A DNA stretch of 64,000 nucleotides from Gemmatimonadaceae bacterium (GCA_044224875.1 JBGAJQ010000007.1:57517-121516); one strand, 5' to 3'. Positions 46,586 to 57,842 are shown, counted from the stretch's first letter. Made by a program: numbers and translations. Notes: a model not told the origin generated them from the sequence alone.

Positions 46586-49500
46586 GTGTTGACCCGCTTC
46601 TTCCGCTCCCTTTCCGTTTTGCCGCTCGTGGCCGCCGTCGTGCCGGTATGGGCACAAACGCCGAACCCCGCGGCGGACATGCGCTGGCGTCAGATCGGGC
46701 CCACACGGGCTGGACGTGCGCGAGCCGTCACCGGCGTGGCCAACCAGCCTAACGTCGCCTATATCGGGTTCGACAACGGAGGGTTGTGGCGGTCCAGCGA
46801 CTACGGCGCGAACTGGGTGCCCCTCTTCGATCGCGAAACGACGGGTTCCATCGGCGCTGTCGCGGTGGCGCCGAGCGATCCACGCATCATCTACGTCGGG
46901 TCTGGGGCCGGGATCATTCGTCCCGACCTCGCCACCGGCGACGGCGTCTACAAGTCCACCGATGCGGGGGCGACGTGGGCGAACCTGGGACTGCATGACA
47001 CCCAGATGATTGCCGCCGTGGATGTGGACCCGCGTGACCCGAACCGCGTGTTTGTGGCCGCGTTAGGCCATCCCTACGGCCCGAACAGCGAACGCGGGGT
47101 CTTTCGTTCAACAGACGGTGGGCGCTCGTTCCAGAAAGTGCTCTACAAGGACGAATACACCAGTGCGAACGACGTTCGCATCGACCCGGCCGATCCGAAC
47201 GTGGTCTACGCCACGCTGTGGCAACAGCAGCAAGCGTTCTGGGAAGGCGGCGGGTTCGGCGGGGGCGGGAACGGCATCTTCAAGTCGACCGATGGGGGAA
47301 CGACGTGGAAGCAGCTGACGGATGGGCTGCCATCGGTGCTGCAGGCGAACCTGGCCATCGCGCCGAGCAACCCCCGGATCGTGTATGCCATGGTGGCGCC
47401 GGCGCTGGCGTCGGGTGCATCGGGACCCGTCAGCTTCTACAAGTCCGACGATGCGGGCGAGCACTGGTACCTGGCCGTGAAGGGGCCCGACGGCTCAGGT
47501 ACACGCGGGGCCGATCCACGACCCTTGGTTCGCATTGGCGGAGGCGACTTGCCCACGATCGTCGTCGACCCGAAGCACGATCAGGTGGTGTACAGTGCGT
47601 CGACCGTCATGTGGCGCACAGAGGATGGCGGGCAAACGTGGTCAGCGGTGCGCGGCGCGCCGGGTGGCGACGACTACCAGAAGATCTGGATCAACCCGAA
47701 CAACCCGGACATCATCGTCGCCGTCGCCGATCAGGGTGGAGTGGTATCCGCCAACCGCGGCGTCTCGTGGAGCAACTGGTACAATCAGCCGACCGCCGCG
47801 ATGTATCACGTGTCCACAGACAATGCCTTCCCGTATCGTGTATGCAGCGGACAACAGGACTCCGGTTCTGCATGCGTGGATAGCCGGTCGATGGATGGCC
47901 AAATCACCTTTCACGATTGGCACCCGGTGAACATCCAGGAGTATGGCATCGCCGCGCCCGATCCCAAGGACCCCGATCTGGTGTTCGGCAGCCAGCGGAG
48001 CGGCGTGTCACTCTACAACCGCAAGACCGGGCAAACGACGTACGTAGGCCCCGACCTGTCGCTCAAGGGCCCGGACGGATCCAGCTACAACCGCAACGTG
48101 CGCACGATGCCGATCCAGTGGTCGCCCCTGGACCGACGCGTCCTCTACTACGTCTCCAACGCGGTGTGGAAGACATCCGACAACGCCCGGACATGGACGC
48201 GGATCTCACCGGATCTCGCACGCCAGTCATGGGAGCCGCCGGCCAGTGCCGGCCGGTATGCCAGCAGCGTCAAGCCATCGCCGTTAGGCGCCATCACCGC
48301 ATTCTCTGCGTCGCCCCGGGACATGAACGTGTTGTGGGCTGGAACGGACGATGGGTTCATCCAGGTGACCGTGAATGGGGGCATGACGTGGACGAACGTG
48401 ACCCCGCCCGCGATCAAGCCCTGGACGCGCATTTTCAACATCGAAGCCGGCCACTTCGATGCCAAGACCGCGTACGCGGCGGCCAACACGATGCGGATCG
48501 ATGACATGAACCCGCATTTCTGGCGCACGCACGATGGCGGCAAGACGTGGACCGAGATTCACACCGGGATCGCGCCGGGAGCCGTTGCCAACTCCATCCG
48601 TGAAGATCCGCGGCGACCAGGCCTGTTGTACGGTGCCACGGACACGCAGGTGTGGGTCTCGTTCGACGACGGCGATCACTGGCAGTCCCTACGGAACAAC
48701 ATGCCGGCGATTTCCGTCCGCGACCTGCAGCTCAAGGACGACAGCACCTGCCTGTGTGCCGATCTCATCGCCGGCACACACGGTCGCGGCTTCTGGGTTT
48801 TGGATAACGTGACGCCGCTCCGGCAGGCCGGTGCCGTGGCGGAAGCACGCGTACCGTACCTGCTGAAGCCGGCCACCGCGGTACGGGTGCGTCACGCGAC
48901 CAACGACCCCACGCCGTGGCCCCCCGAACTCCCGGCCGGTGAGAACCCAATGCCCGGCGCGATCATTGATTACTACCTCCCGTCAGATGCATCGGGCACG
49001 GTGGCATTGGAAATCCTGGATGCGAAGGGCCGCGTCGTCCGTCGCTATCGAAGCGACGATCCCATGGTGAGCCCAGACCCGGCGGTCGACATGGCCGGAT
49101 ACGACAAGGTGTGCCAACAGCACCCGACGGCCACATACTGCGGCCTCCCGCTCTATTGGCCGGCTCCTCAGCTGCAACTCTCCACCAAGGTCGGGATGCA
49201 TCGGTTTAGCTGGGAGATGCGCTACGATCCATTGCCGATCGAGGACGTCAACGACAACGGCGACGAGGAAGCGACGGGGGCCGTGCCACATCGGACGTAC
49301 CCGACGATCAACGCCCCCTGGGCTCCACCCGGAGCGTACACGGTGCGTCTGACGGTCGACGGCCAGGCCTACACCCAGCCGCTCACGGTCCGCCTGGACC
49401 CACGCGTGAAGACACCGGCTGCCGACCTGTTGCAGCTGGCACACCTGTCCCAGGAGATGTACGACGGCGCGCATACGGCCCACGAGGCCTACTCGCAGGC

Positions 49501-49867
49501 GCGAGCGCTCGCCGCGCAGCTCGAACGACTCGGCGGTGCGGATGCCGACGCCTTCCGCGCGCAGGTCGACTCGCTGGCTCCAGCGCCGACGCGGGGCGGC
49601 GGTCGGGCCGCCGCCTTCCGGCGGCGCTTTGGCCCGCAGGGCCCACCCACACTGGAGAGCGTCAGTCAGTCTCTCATGAGTGCGGCCATGGCCATGCAGG
49701 GGGCTGACGTGGCGCCGACCGCGATGCAGGCGGCCGCGTGCACGCGAGCGCGTGGTCAATTCAGCGCGGCCATGGCACGGTGGAACGCACTGCGTACGAG
49801 CGGGTTGGCGGCCTTGAATGCCAAGCGCCGCGCGGCGGGGCAGCCGGTGATCACCATCCCATCGTGA
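46586..49867 (+). CDS. Secreted VPS10/BNR (Asp-box) repeat glycosyl-hydrolase-like protein
   Basis: Signal peptide, WRQIGP..GR, many S.DGG.TW repeats, C-terminal PGAYTVRL and helical tail. Confidence 0.9.
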   Translation: MLTRFFRSLSVLPLVAAVVPVWAQTPNPAADMRWRQIGPTRAGRARAVTGVANQPNVAYIGFDNGGLWRSSDYGANWVPLFDRETTGSIGAVAVAPSDPRIIYVGSGAGIIRPDLATGDGVYKSTDAGATWANLGLHDTQMIAAVDVDPRDPNRVFVAALGHPYGPNSERGVFRSTDGGRSFQKVLYKDEYTSANDVRIDPADPNVVYATLWQQQQAFWEGGGFGGGGNGIFKSTDGGTTWKQLTDGLPSVLQANLAIAPSNPRIVYAMVAPALASGASGPVSFYKSDDAGEHWYLAVKGPDGSGTRGADPRPLVRIGGGDLPTIVVDPKHDQVVYSASTVMWRTEDGGQTWSAVRGAPGGDDYQKIWINPNNPDIIVAVADQGGVVSANRGVSWSNWYNQPTAAMYHVSTDNAFPYRVCSGQQDSGSACVDSRSMDGQITFHDWHPVNIQEYGIAAPDPKDPDLVFGSQRSGVSLYNRKTGQTTYVGPDLSLKGPDGSSYNRNVRTMPIQWSPLDRRVLYYVSNAVWKTSDNARTWTRISPDLARQSWEPPASAGRYASSVKPSPLGAITAFSASPRDMNVLWAGTDDGFIQVTVNGGMTWTNVTPPAIKPWTRIFNIEAGHFDAKTAYAAANTMRIDDMNPHFWRTHDGGKTWTEIHTGIAPGAVANSIREDPRRPGLLYGATDTQVWVSFDDGDHWQSLRNNMPAISVRDLQLKDDSTCLCADLIAGTHGRGFWVLDNVTPLRQAGAVAEARVPYLLKPATAVRVRHATNDPTPWPPELPAGENPMPGAIIDYYLPSDASGTVALEILDAKGRVVRRYRSDDPMVSPDPAVDMAGYDKVCQQHPTATYCGLPLYWPAPQLQLSTKVGMHRFSWEMRYDPLPIEDVNDNGDEEATGAVPHRTYPTINAPWAPPGAYTVRLTVDGQAYTQPLTVRLDPRVKTPAADLLQLAHLSQEMYDGAHTAHEAYSQARALAAQLERLGGADADAFRAQVDSLAPAPTRGGGRAAAFRRRFGPQGPPTLESVSQSLMSAAMAMQGADVAPTAMQAAACTRARGQFSAAMARWNALRTSGLAALNAKRRAAGQPVITIPS

Positions 49868-49898
49868 CCGGTTGATCGCGTGTTGAGGTCGCGAGACC

Positions 49899-49924
49899 GT
49901 CACCCTCCATGCTCGGAGGGTGAC
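49899..49924. terminator. Hairpin between convergent genes
   Basis: 10-bp stem GTCACCCTCC/GGAGGGTGAC. Confidence 0.55.
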
Positions 49925-49967
49925 CCCGAGAATGCACCTGAACGGCCGCGCGCAAAACGGGCGAAAC

Positions 49968-52874
49968 TTAGCGCGCTGTCGTTATGCGATGGGCTCCGTT
50001 CGCTGGCTCGCGCGGACGCATCGTCACGCGTACGTAGCGCGTGAGCGGTAGGTACTGTGCACAGGCCTGTCGAATGCCAGCCGTCGACAGTCGGTCGAGC
50101 AATGCACGGTGGGCCGAGGGGGACTCCATGGCCCAGCCGAGCGCCGCTCGCCATTCGAGCTCGTTGGCCCAGGACGCGTTGGACTCTGCCTCGGATTCCG
50201 CGTCACGGACCGCGGCAGCGCGGACCTTGCTGAGTTCGGTGCCCGTTGGACCGTGCGTGCACACGCGCTCGATGGTACCTAACGCGTCCAGCGTAAGTGA
50301 GTCCACGCGTTCCGGAGCGGCCTCGAAGTCCACGCTCACCGAGAACGAGGCTGGCGAGGTGGGACGGAGCACAAGGTCCACCGACACCCCATAGGTACCG
50401 CCAGAGCGTTCGCGCAGGCGATCCTCCAGCTCGAGCTGCAGCACGTCCCGTAGTGCCCGCAAGGTCACTTCGCGTTCCGGCGTCAGCTCCAACATCCCTT
50501 CGAATCGGAGCTGTGTACGGGACTTGGGCAGCGTCCCGCGCTCGAAGGAGCGCTCGAGCGGCAAGGGTGGTGGCGAGGATGTGCGCACCGGCGATACCTC
50601 GCGATCGCCGGCGGGAAGGGAGGCAAAGTACCGCTCGATGAGGGGTCGCACCCCTTCCAGGCTGAAGTCACCGACCAGCACGACCGTGAAATTCGAGGCA
50701 TTGGCCATGCGCGCGCGCCAGAACGCTAGCGCCCGCGACAGGGAGACCTGTTGAACAAACGCGAGACTGCGAGTGAGCGCCATCGGGTCATGGCGTTGCA
50801 TGGTCGTGGCGATCGAGTCCTCCAGGGCAGCGCTTGGATCCGCCGCACGACTCGCGGCCACGGCCAGGGAGCGCTGTTGGTATCGGCGAAATCCCGCGGT
50901 ATCCACGCGAGGCGCCACGAAATACAGGTGCGCCAGCTGGAACAGCAGTTCCATCTCGCCCGACTCCGCACTCCCCGACAGCTGCACCCCGTAGTCCGTC
51001 ACGGTCGGCCCAAGACTCACCGTGGTGGTGCCAACCAGGCGCCAGAGATCCGAGCCGGCAAGCGGTCCGACGCCTGTCGCTTCAAGGACCTGGTCAGAAA
51101 GAAAGGCACTCGGATATGACGCTGCATCGGCCAGCGCCGCACCACCGGGACTCGTTATGCGCAGCATGACGTCGTTGTCAGAGAACCGCGTCGGCTTGAG
51201 GAGCACGCGCATGCCGTTCCCCAACGTCCAGTCGAACACATCGGCCTCGCGGTTGTAGCGCTCGGAAGCCACGCGACCGGCGGCAGGGGGCTCGCTGATC
51301 AAGGCCGGGAGCGTGAGCGAGTCGCGTTGCATCTCCGTGACGCCGGCCGCCGCCTCCCTCGCGACGTCGATGATCCCAACCGGTGAGATTCCGCTGGTCG
51401 CGATGGCCGTGGGTTTTGTCGTGACGACGATCGCCGCTCCTCGATCGACGTCGAGCGCCGAAGCGAACGACCCGATATCCGACGGCCCGATCTGTGGCAT
51501 CAACGCGTTCGCCAAGGTCAAGTCGCCCTCGCGGCCGACGATCGGTTGGCCCGACAGAAAGTGCCACACCATGGCGTCGGCGAGGTCGATCGACGTATCG
51601 AGGTACGCTTCGGCGCGTCGTCGATCCGCCAGCAGTTTCGCCTTCGTGCGCTCGAGTTCGGCCTTGGTCACACCAAATCGGGAAAGGCGCGCGACCTCCT
51701 CCGTGAGCACGCGCAGGGCATCGGGGATCGAAGCGGCCAGCGCCGATCCCGCCACGACAAACGCTTCCGTCGGTCGCGCCACGGATTGAAGGGACACGCC
51801 GGCATTCAGCAGTGGAGAATCGGACGCCCCCGCCGCCGCTTCCAGTCGGTCATTCAGGATGGCCATCCCGAGTGTTTCGATGAGCCCCGTGCGGTACGCT
51901 CCAACATCGTTAGGCCTGACGGCGCGCCTTGGAAACCACAGGGCCACGCGCGTTCCGGTTGCTTCCTCGTCCGTCAGGATGGCGGCGCGTGGCGCCTTCG
52001 GATGGCTGATGGCGATGCCCGGCCGTGCCTGCGGCGCGTCACTGCGTGGGATTCGGCCGAAGTGCCGCTTGATCAGTTTTTCCACGTCGCTCGGCTTGAA
52101 GTCGCCGACGGCGATCACCGCCATCAACTCTGGCCGGTACCATCGATCGTAAAAGCGCCTCATCGCCGCGACGTCGAATCGGCGGAGCGTCGCCGTGTCG
52201 CCGATCGGGAAACGGGCGGCGTACCGCGATCCATTGAAGAGCAGTGTGTCGAGCGCCCGGCTGAAGCGACGTCGCGCAATCGTCCCCTGACGCCACTCCT
52301 CGAACACCACACCGGCCTCGCGGCGTGCTGCCGCGCTGTCGAACGTCACGTCGTGGGCCCAATCGGCGAGCATGGCCACGGCCGAGTCGACCGCATTCTC
52401 GCTGGTACTGTCCGTCGGGATCGTTAGGCGGTAGATGGTCTCGTCGAATCCCGTCGAGGCATTCACGTCGTCGCCGTTTCGCATCCCGATGGACTGCAGG
52501 TAGTCAACCACCCGCGAGCCCGGAAAGTGACGCGTACCGCGGAATGCCATGTGCTCCACCGCGTGCGCCAGCCCCTGCTGGTCGTCGTCTTCCAAAACCG
52601 AACCGGCATTCACGACCAGTCGAAACTCCGCGCGGCGCTCGGGTCCCTCGTTGGCGCGGATGTAGTACTGCAACCCATTTGCCAGCGTGTCGATGCGCAC
52701 ATCCGGGTCAATGGCGATCGGGGCGCTCAGGTCGGTATCGACGCGCAGTGGCTGGGAGCGCCTATACGAGTACGTGAAAAGCGCGACAATGAGCAACGCC
52801 GTCGTGACGGCGCCGATTGCACTGCCAGGTATACGCTCGCGCAGGACTCGCAGGTGGTCGGACAGGGGCTTCAA
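49968..52874 (-). CDS. M16 family zinc peptidase (PqqL-like) with N-terminal TM anchor
   Basis: LANGL.YY, GLAHAVEHMAFRGT, RFPIGD, LRERSGGTYGV. Confidence 0.93.
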   Translation of the reverse strand: MKPLSDHLRVLRERIPGSAIGAVTTALLIVALFTYSYRRSQPLRVDTDLSAPIAIDPDVRIDTLANGLQYYIRANEGPERRAEFRLVVNAGSVLEDDDQQGLAHAVEHMAFRGTRHFPGSRVVDYLQSIGMRNGDDVNASTGFDETIYRLTIPTDSTSENAVDSAVAMLADWAHDVTFDSAAARREAGVVFEEWRQGTIARRRFSRALDTLLFNGSRYAARFPIGDTATLRRFDVAAMRRFYDRWYRPELMAVIAVGDFKPSDVEKLIKRHFGRIPRSDAPQARPGIAISHPKAPRAAILTDEEATGTRVALWFPRRAVRPNDVGAYRTGLIETLGMAILNDRLEAAAGASDSPLLNAGVSLQSVARPTEAFVVAGSALAASIPDALRVLTEEVARLSRFGVTKAELERTKAKLLADRRRAEAYLDTSIDLADAMVWHFLSGQPIVGREGDLTLANALMPQIGPSDIGSFASALDVDRGAAIVVTTKPTAIATSGISPVGIIDVAREAAAGVTEMQRDSLTLPALISEPPAAGRVASERYNREADVFDWTLGNGMRVLLKPTRFSDNDVMLRITSPGGAALADAASYPSAFLSDQVLEATGVGPLAGSDLWRLVGTTTVSLGPTVTDYGVQLSGSAESGEMELLFQLAHLYFVAPRVDTAGFRRYQQRSLAVAASRAADPSAALEDSIATTMQRHDPMALTRSLAFVQQVSLSRALAFWRARMANASNFTVVLVGDFSLEGVRPLIERYFASLPAGDREVSPVRTSSPPPLPLERSFERGTLPKSRTQLRFEGMLELTPEREVTLRALRDVLQLELEDRLRERSGGTYGVSVDLVLRPTSPASFSVSVDFEAAPERVDSLTLDALGTIERVCTHGPTGTELSKVRAAAVRDAESEAESNASWANELEWRAALGWAMESPSAHRALLDRLSTAGIRQACAQYLPLTRYVRVTMRPREPANGAHRITTAR

Positions 52875-53061
52875 CGGCTGGTCGAGTGAGTCGAAGTGTC
52901 GCAGGGGGCGTCGTCAGGTCCACAAGGACTTGCCAAGCACCGCAGTAAGTTGAGCGCGGGTCCACGCCGGTGGTACTATCGACGATTGTGCGCCCGTAAA
53001 CGCACAGCTGCTGTGTGACATCTGATTCAGAGCCTGTCCCCGACTTCCACTCCAGCTATCC

Positions 53062-55530
53062 GTGCTTCGAACGCTTTTCCGAAGGGATCGTGGCCTTGTT
53101 GCAGCCGTGATGTTGATCACGGCCGTTGGATCGGCAGCCCTGGTACACGCGTTCGCCCTGATGTCGGCGACGCTGTGGCGGTCGCCTCCCTTTCCCGAGG
53201 CGGCCCACATGGTCGTGGTGTACACGACACACACGCCGAACGGGGGTGGTCTCCAACGCTCTCGCTGGTCCTACCCGCGGATCCAGCTCCTCCGTTCACG
53301 GGTGCGCGGCCTGGTGGACGTGGCGAACTACACGGCGACCGAACTCACCCTCACTGGGGGGGTCGCTGCGGAGCCGGCGCAAGGCGAATTCATCTCTCCG
53401 TCGTACTTTTCCGCGTTGGGGATTTCGCCCATGCGAGGTCGGGGCTTCGCGCCTGACGAGGATGACGTGGCTGGAGCGCATCCGATTGTCGTTTTGGGGC
53501 ACGACTTGTGGCGCCGCCGTTATGCGGCCGATTCTGGAATCCTCGGACGTACCATTGGAGTGAATGGCGCCCAAATCACCGTGGTCGGGGTGATGCCGGC
53601 CGGCTTCCGTGGCCTAACGGACCGGGCTCAGCTGTGGCTGCCTACGTCCATGGCCCCCGTCCTCACATACCCGGACTATCTGGTCACAGACCAGAGCTTC
53701 ATCAGTGTTGTGGCGCGCCTTCGCGACTCGACGCAGCTGGAAGGCGCCCGCACGGAACTGGCTACCTTGGGAGCGCAGATCTACGCGGCCCTGCCTGATT
53801 CGGAACAGATCCCCCTGGACCGCCCGAGTGCCACGGCATTGTCGCTTAACGAAGCTCGTGCGCACCCAATCGTCCGTCGCGCGGTGTCCACGTTCTTTGC
53901 AGCCGTGGTGCTGCTGTTCCTACTGGCAGCCGTGAATGTTTCGAGTTTGCTGCTCGCCCGCGCGGAGTCGCGGCGTCGCGAGGCCGCTGTCCGACTCGCG
54001 TTGGGCAGTTCAGTGCGACGGACGGCGGGACTGTACCTGGCGCATGACGCACTACCGGTGGCGCTCGGCGTATTGCTCGGTACCGCGATCGCGGCCCCGA
54101 CGGTCGGCTTGTTAGGCGCGCCGTCTGACGTCTGGGGGCCTGCCAATTTCTACGGAAGCCTCGGCGCGTTCTCCGTCCCGGCGTTCGACGGCTCCATGCG
54201 GGTGTTTGGGGTTGGGCTGGCGGCGGTGACGTCCGTCCTCGTTGCGCTGGCGCCCGTGGCGCACACGTTGCGCGGCGAGGTGCAGGAGTCACTGCGTGAA
54301 GGCGGGCGAGCCGTGTCGGCGTCTATGGGATCCGTGCGACGTCCGCGGACGCGCGGTGTGATCGTTGCGGCTGAAGCGGCATTGGCCGTCGTGTTGCTGG
54401 TTGCCGGCGGGCTCATGATTGAGTCCTTCCGACGTATGCGCGCGACGGATCTGGGTATCGACCCCGATCACGTCCTCACCTTTTCGATCAGTCCATCCGA
54501 AGCGCGAATCGGGGTGTCGGGAGCGCCCGCCTACATCTCCCGCATGCTGGCCGCGATCACGGCGATTCCCGGGGTCACCTCCGCGTCGGTGGACGGTGGC
54601 GCTCCGCTGGCGGGAACGGCGCGCAGCACGCTGGAGATCGTCGGACGGCCGCCAGTCGACGCGAACTTGGCACCGCCAGTGCTTCGTCACTACGTGGGGC
54701 CCGACCACTTTCGGACGCTGGGTATCCCACTCATTCGCGGCCGAGGATTCGCGGCCAACGACGTCGCCGGGCAGCCACGCGTTACGGTCATCAGCGAGAC
54801 CGCGGCACGACGCTTCTGGCCGAACGCCGACCCAATCGGCCAACGCGTCTGGTTCAACGGCGGAAGCACCTTCGATCGCCCCGACTCCAGCGCCGAGATC
54901 GTGGGCATCGTAGGCGACGTGATGTACGAGCCGTTGGATACCGATCCCAATCGCGCGTCGTTCTACACGCCGTACGCGCAGTTCACGTATGCGTGGCGCA
55001 TCTACTTTGTGCGGACCGCCGGCGATCCTACAAGCATCATTCCCGCCCTTCGCCGCGCCGTGCACGGGGTGGACCCGGACGCCGCGCCGGATGACGTGCG
55101 AACGCTCAACGCGCTAATCGGCGCGTCATGGAGTCGCCAGCGTTTCGACGCCTGGTTCTTCGGAGGGTTTGCCGGTCTGGCCCTGGCGCTGGCCGTCAGC
55201 GGCATCTACGCTGTTGTGGCGCACGCTGTGAAGGAGCGGACACGCGAGATCGGGATCCGCCTTGCGTTAGGCTCGTCGTCCAGGCAAGTGATGCAGCTGG
55301 TGATGCGACAGGGCATGGCATTTCCGCTTCTGGGCCTCGCGGTTGGTGTGATCCTGGCGCGCGCCGTCAGTGGCATCCTCCGTGCGTCGCTGTACGGGGT
55401 GGTGCCCGGCGATCCACTCGTCACCGTCGCGTCGATCGCCCTACTGGTCGCTGCGGCGCTTTGCGCCTGCCTCGTTCCGGCGCGCAGCGCTACACGGGTC
55501 GATCCCGCGGTCGCGTTGCGGGTCGAATAG
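53062..55530 (+). CDS. Duplicated orphan ABC permease (ADOP / MacB-FtsX-like)
   Basis: VVGVMP, RRREAAVRLALG, RTREIGIRLALG, PARSATRVDP. Confidence 0.92.
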   Translation: MLRTLFRRDRGLVAAVMLITAVGSAALVHAFALMSATLWRSPPFPEAAHMVVVYTTHTPNGGGLQRSRWSYPRIQLLRSRVRGLVDVANYTATELTLTGGVAAEPAQGEFISPSYFSALGISPMRGRGFAPDEDDVAGAHPIVVLGHDLWRRRYAADSGILGRTIGVNGAQITVVGVMPAGFRGLTDRAQLWLPTSMAPVLTYPDYLVTDQSFISVVARLRDSTQLEGARTELATLGAQIYAALPDSEQIPLDRPSATALSLNEARAHPIVRRAVSTFFAAVVLLFLLAAVNVSSLLLARAESRRREAAVRLALGSSVRRTAGLYLAHDALPVALGVLLGTAIAAPTVGLLGAPSDVWGPANFYGSLGAFSVPAFDGSMRVFGVGLAAVTSVLVALAPVAHTLRGEVQESLREGGRAVSASMGSVRRPRTRGVIVAAEAALAVVLLVAGGLMIESFRRMRATDLGIDPDHVLTFSISPSEARIGVSGAPAYISRMLAAITAIPGVTSASVDGGAPLAGTARSTLEIVGRPPVDANLAPPVLRHYVGPDHFRTLGIPLIRGRGFAANDVAGQPRVTVISETAARRFWPNADPIGQRVWFNGGSTFDRPDSSAEIVGIVGDVMYEPLDTDPNRASFYTPYAQFTYAWRIYFVRTAGDPTSIIPALRRAVHGVDPDAAPDDVRTLNALIGASWSRQRFDAWFFGGFAGLALALAVSGIYAVVAHAVKERTREIGIRLALGSSSRQVMQLVMRQGMAFPLLGLAVGVILARAVSGILRASLYGVVPGDPLVTVASIALLVAAALCACLVPARSATRVDPAVALRVE

Positions 55531-55772
55531 GCGCTCGATCGATCGCAACTCCGTGGACGCCGACGGCGGGCGATCATCCGCGCGCGCCATTGAGTCCGCG
55601 TCAATCCATCCCGGCCGCGCTGATCATGGCGATCCATCCCACTTGCACAGAGGGATACGCGGCGCCGGTCGCTGGCATGGTGTACTTTCCCGGGAGGCGG
55701 ATGCGGTGCGTCCCCCCTTGAAAGTTTGGGTTGTCCGCGCATCACTTGAGTTGCGACTATTTGGAGAGGCCT

Positions 55773-55934
55773 ATGAAAAAGAAAGGTGCCCGTGATATCC
55801 CCGACTTTTCTCGCAAACCGCGTGGTCTCCCCGGCAAGGTGGACCCGGGCAAGACCGTCAACCAACCCAAGCCCCGCGAACCGGTGGTGAAGCAGGTGAC
55901 GACGGCGAACAAGGGCGGACAGCGCGGTCGCTAG
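55773..55934 (+). CDS. Small basic protein (53 aa)
   Basis: GGAGAGG RBS; MKKKGARDIPDFSRK...KGGQRGR. Confidence 0.6.
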   Translation: MKKKGARDIPDFSRKPRGLPGKVDPGKTVNQPKPREPVVKQVTTANKGGQRGR

Positions 55935-56021
55935 ACGCCGGGATCGTACGTAGGGGAGCCGCGCGGAACGGCGCGGTTGCAGCCGGGTAGGTCTTCGGAA
56001 CTCCCCACACATGGAGGCCCG

Positions 56022-57755
56022 ATGACCACATGCTCGCGCCGTCCACTCCGCGCCCGCCTCAATGGCGGGCGCGCTCTTTTGGCCATGATCGTCTTGCCCT
56101 CGCTCGTGCCAGCGGGGGTGCATGGTCAGCAAGCCGCCTTGCGACCCGGGCAACGTCCCGGCCCCCGTTTTGTCGTCTCCACCCTGCGGAGCGACACGTC
56201 TGCGTTAGGCTTCGAGATGGCGGAGGCACTCCGGTCCCGGCTTGCCAACGACTTCGACATCCGCGCCCTCATGGTGGTGCCGGAGTCGGCGATCACCAAG
56301 GCGCTTGCCGACGCGGGGTTTGGACCGCATCAGGCGCTCCCTACCAGCTACAACCGCCAGCTGGCCCAACAGTTCCAGGCCGAAGAGTTCCTGGACGGCA
56401 CTATTGTTCGAACGGCGGATGGCGGTTACCACGTGCAGGTCGACTGGGGGTTGGCCCGCCGCGACGACATGTTGCAGCCGCTGCCATCGATCGATGGTCG
56501 CCGGTTGAGCGACGTGGCGAAGGCGATCTCGCTGGAGGTGCAGCGGGCGCGCAAGCAAGTTGAAGCTGTAAGGGGTTGCATGGATGCGTCGCGGCTCCGC
56601 AACTACGACGCGGCGCTCGTGGCCGCACGCAAGGCCATCGCGATCTACCCGCGTTCCTCACTGGCGCGAGTCTGCATCGCAAACGTGTATGCGGAACGGC
56701 ACGTGGCGCCGGACTCCATGCTGCAAGTGACGGAGGAGATCCTGGCGATCGATCCCTCCAACCGTCGCGCCCTCGCGTTCGCCGCAGATGCTTATCGCGC
56801 CGTCGGAAACGCCGCCGCTGCGATGAATACGCTCGTTGCGCTGGCCGAGCTGGATCCGGCCGATGTCGCGACGACCGCGCGTGTCGCGCGTACCCTCGCC
56901 GAGGCCGGCCACTTTGATCGGGCCATGCAACTCGTCGAGCGATCGATTCAAGTGAACGCAGGAAACAGCGAGCTGCTTGGACTTCAATGGCGCCTTGCCC
57001 TTGCCCTCAAGCAGTGGAGGGTGGCCACTACCGTCGCGCAGGAACTCATGGCCATCGACACGACGGCGGCCGACCAGGAGTTCTACCGACGAACGGCGGC
57101 GGCCTTTGTTGAGGATAGCCAGCTCACGAGGGCCGCTGAATTCCTCGAGGGTAGCATCACCCGGTTTCCCGAGGCAGACGATCTGGCCGTGCTGCAGGTG
57201 CAACTGTTCAGACGGGCCGGTCAATTGCAGGGCGCCCTCGACGCTGCGAACCGCGTCGTCGCCCGACGGCCCGCGGCGCCAAACATCTGGGTGCAGCGGG
57301 CGCGAACGCAGGTGGAGTTGAAGGCCCCTGACGACAGCATCGTGACCTCACTGAGCAAGGCGGTCGAGCACGGCGAGGACAAGGTGGTCGTGGCGGGATA
57401 CGCCGCCACGCTGGGGCAGGGCGCGTCACGAGCGGCGCAGACCTCCCGGAGCCTGAACGATCTTCGCTTGGCGGTACGCTACTTCAGGCTGGCGGAGTCG
57501 ATCGCGCCGCGGGATACCACCGCTTTCCTGCTCGGCGCCGCCCATGTGTCCCTCGGGCAGCAGCTTTACACGGAGGCGCGCGAACGGAAGGACTGCGTCC
57601 AGGCGCGAGAGATGCAGGCATCCCTCACTGACGCAGAAGTGAACCTCACGAAGGGAGGGCGTGCGTTCCCCGATCTGGCGGCGAAGCTGTTGGCGCGCGT
57701 GGCGGAGGTCATCCCGTTTGCGGCGCAACTCGAGCGCGCCGTCTGCAAGGAGTAG
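56022..57755 (+). CDS. Exported TPR-repeat protein
   Basis: GGAGG RBS, signal peptide, repeats such as AIAIYP, LAIDP, LAELDP. Confidence 0.85.
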   Translation: MTTCSRRPLRARLNGGRALLAMIVLPSLVPAGVHGQQAALRPGQRPGPRFVVSTLRSDTSALGFEMAEALRSRLANDFDIRALMVVPESAITKALADAGFGPHQALPTSYNRQLAQQFQAEEFLDGTIVRTADGGYHVQVDWGLARRDDMLQPLPSIDGRRLSDVAKAISLEVQRARKQVEAVRGCMDASRLRNYDAALVAARKAIAIYPRSSLARVCIANVYAERHVAPDSMLQVTEEILAIDPSNRRALAFAADAYRAVGNAAAAMNTLVALAELDPADVATTARVARTLAEAGHFDRAMQLVERSIQVNAGNSELLGLQWRLALALKQWRVATTVAQELMAIDTTAADQEFYRRTAAAFVEDSQLTRAAEFLEGSITRFPEADDLAVLQVQLFRRAGQLQGALDAANRVVARRPAAPNIWVQRARTQVELKAPDDSIVTSLSKAVEHGEDKVVVAGYAATLGQGASRAAQTSRSLNDLRLAVRYFRLAESIAPRDTTAFLLGAAHVSLGQQLYTEARERKDCVQAREMQASLTDAEVNLTKGGRAFPDLAAKLLARVAEVIPFAAQLERAVCKE

Positions 57756-57842
57756 TCAAGCGCTCGGTACCGAACTGAGATGATGCGGCCAGATCCGTGT
57801 CCTGGCAGCAGGCAGGCGGAAGCGAAATGGCGGACGCGAGAG

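Noticed and set aside
55713..55746. Sigma32-like promoter (CCCTTGAAA)
   Set aside because: -10 element is a poor match; too weak to call
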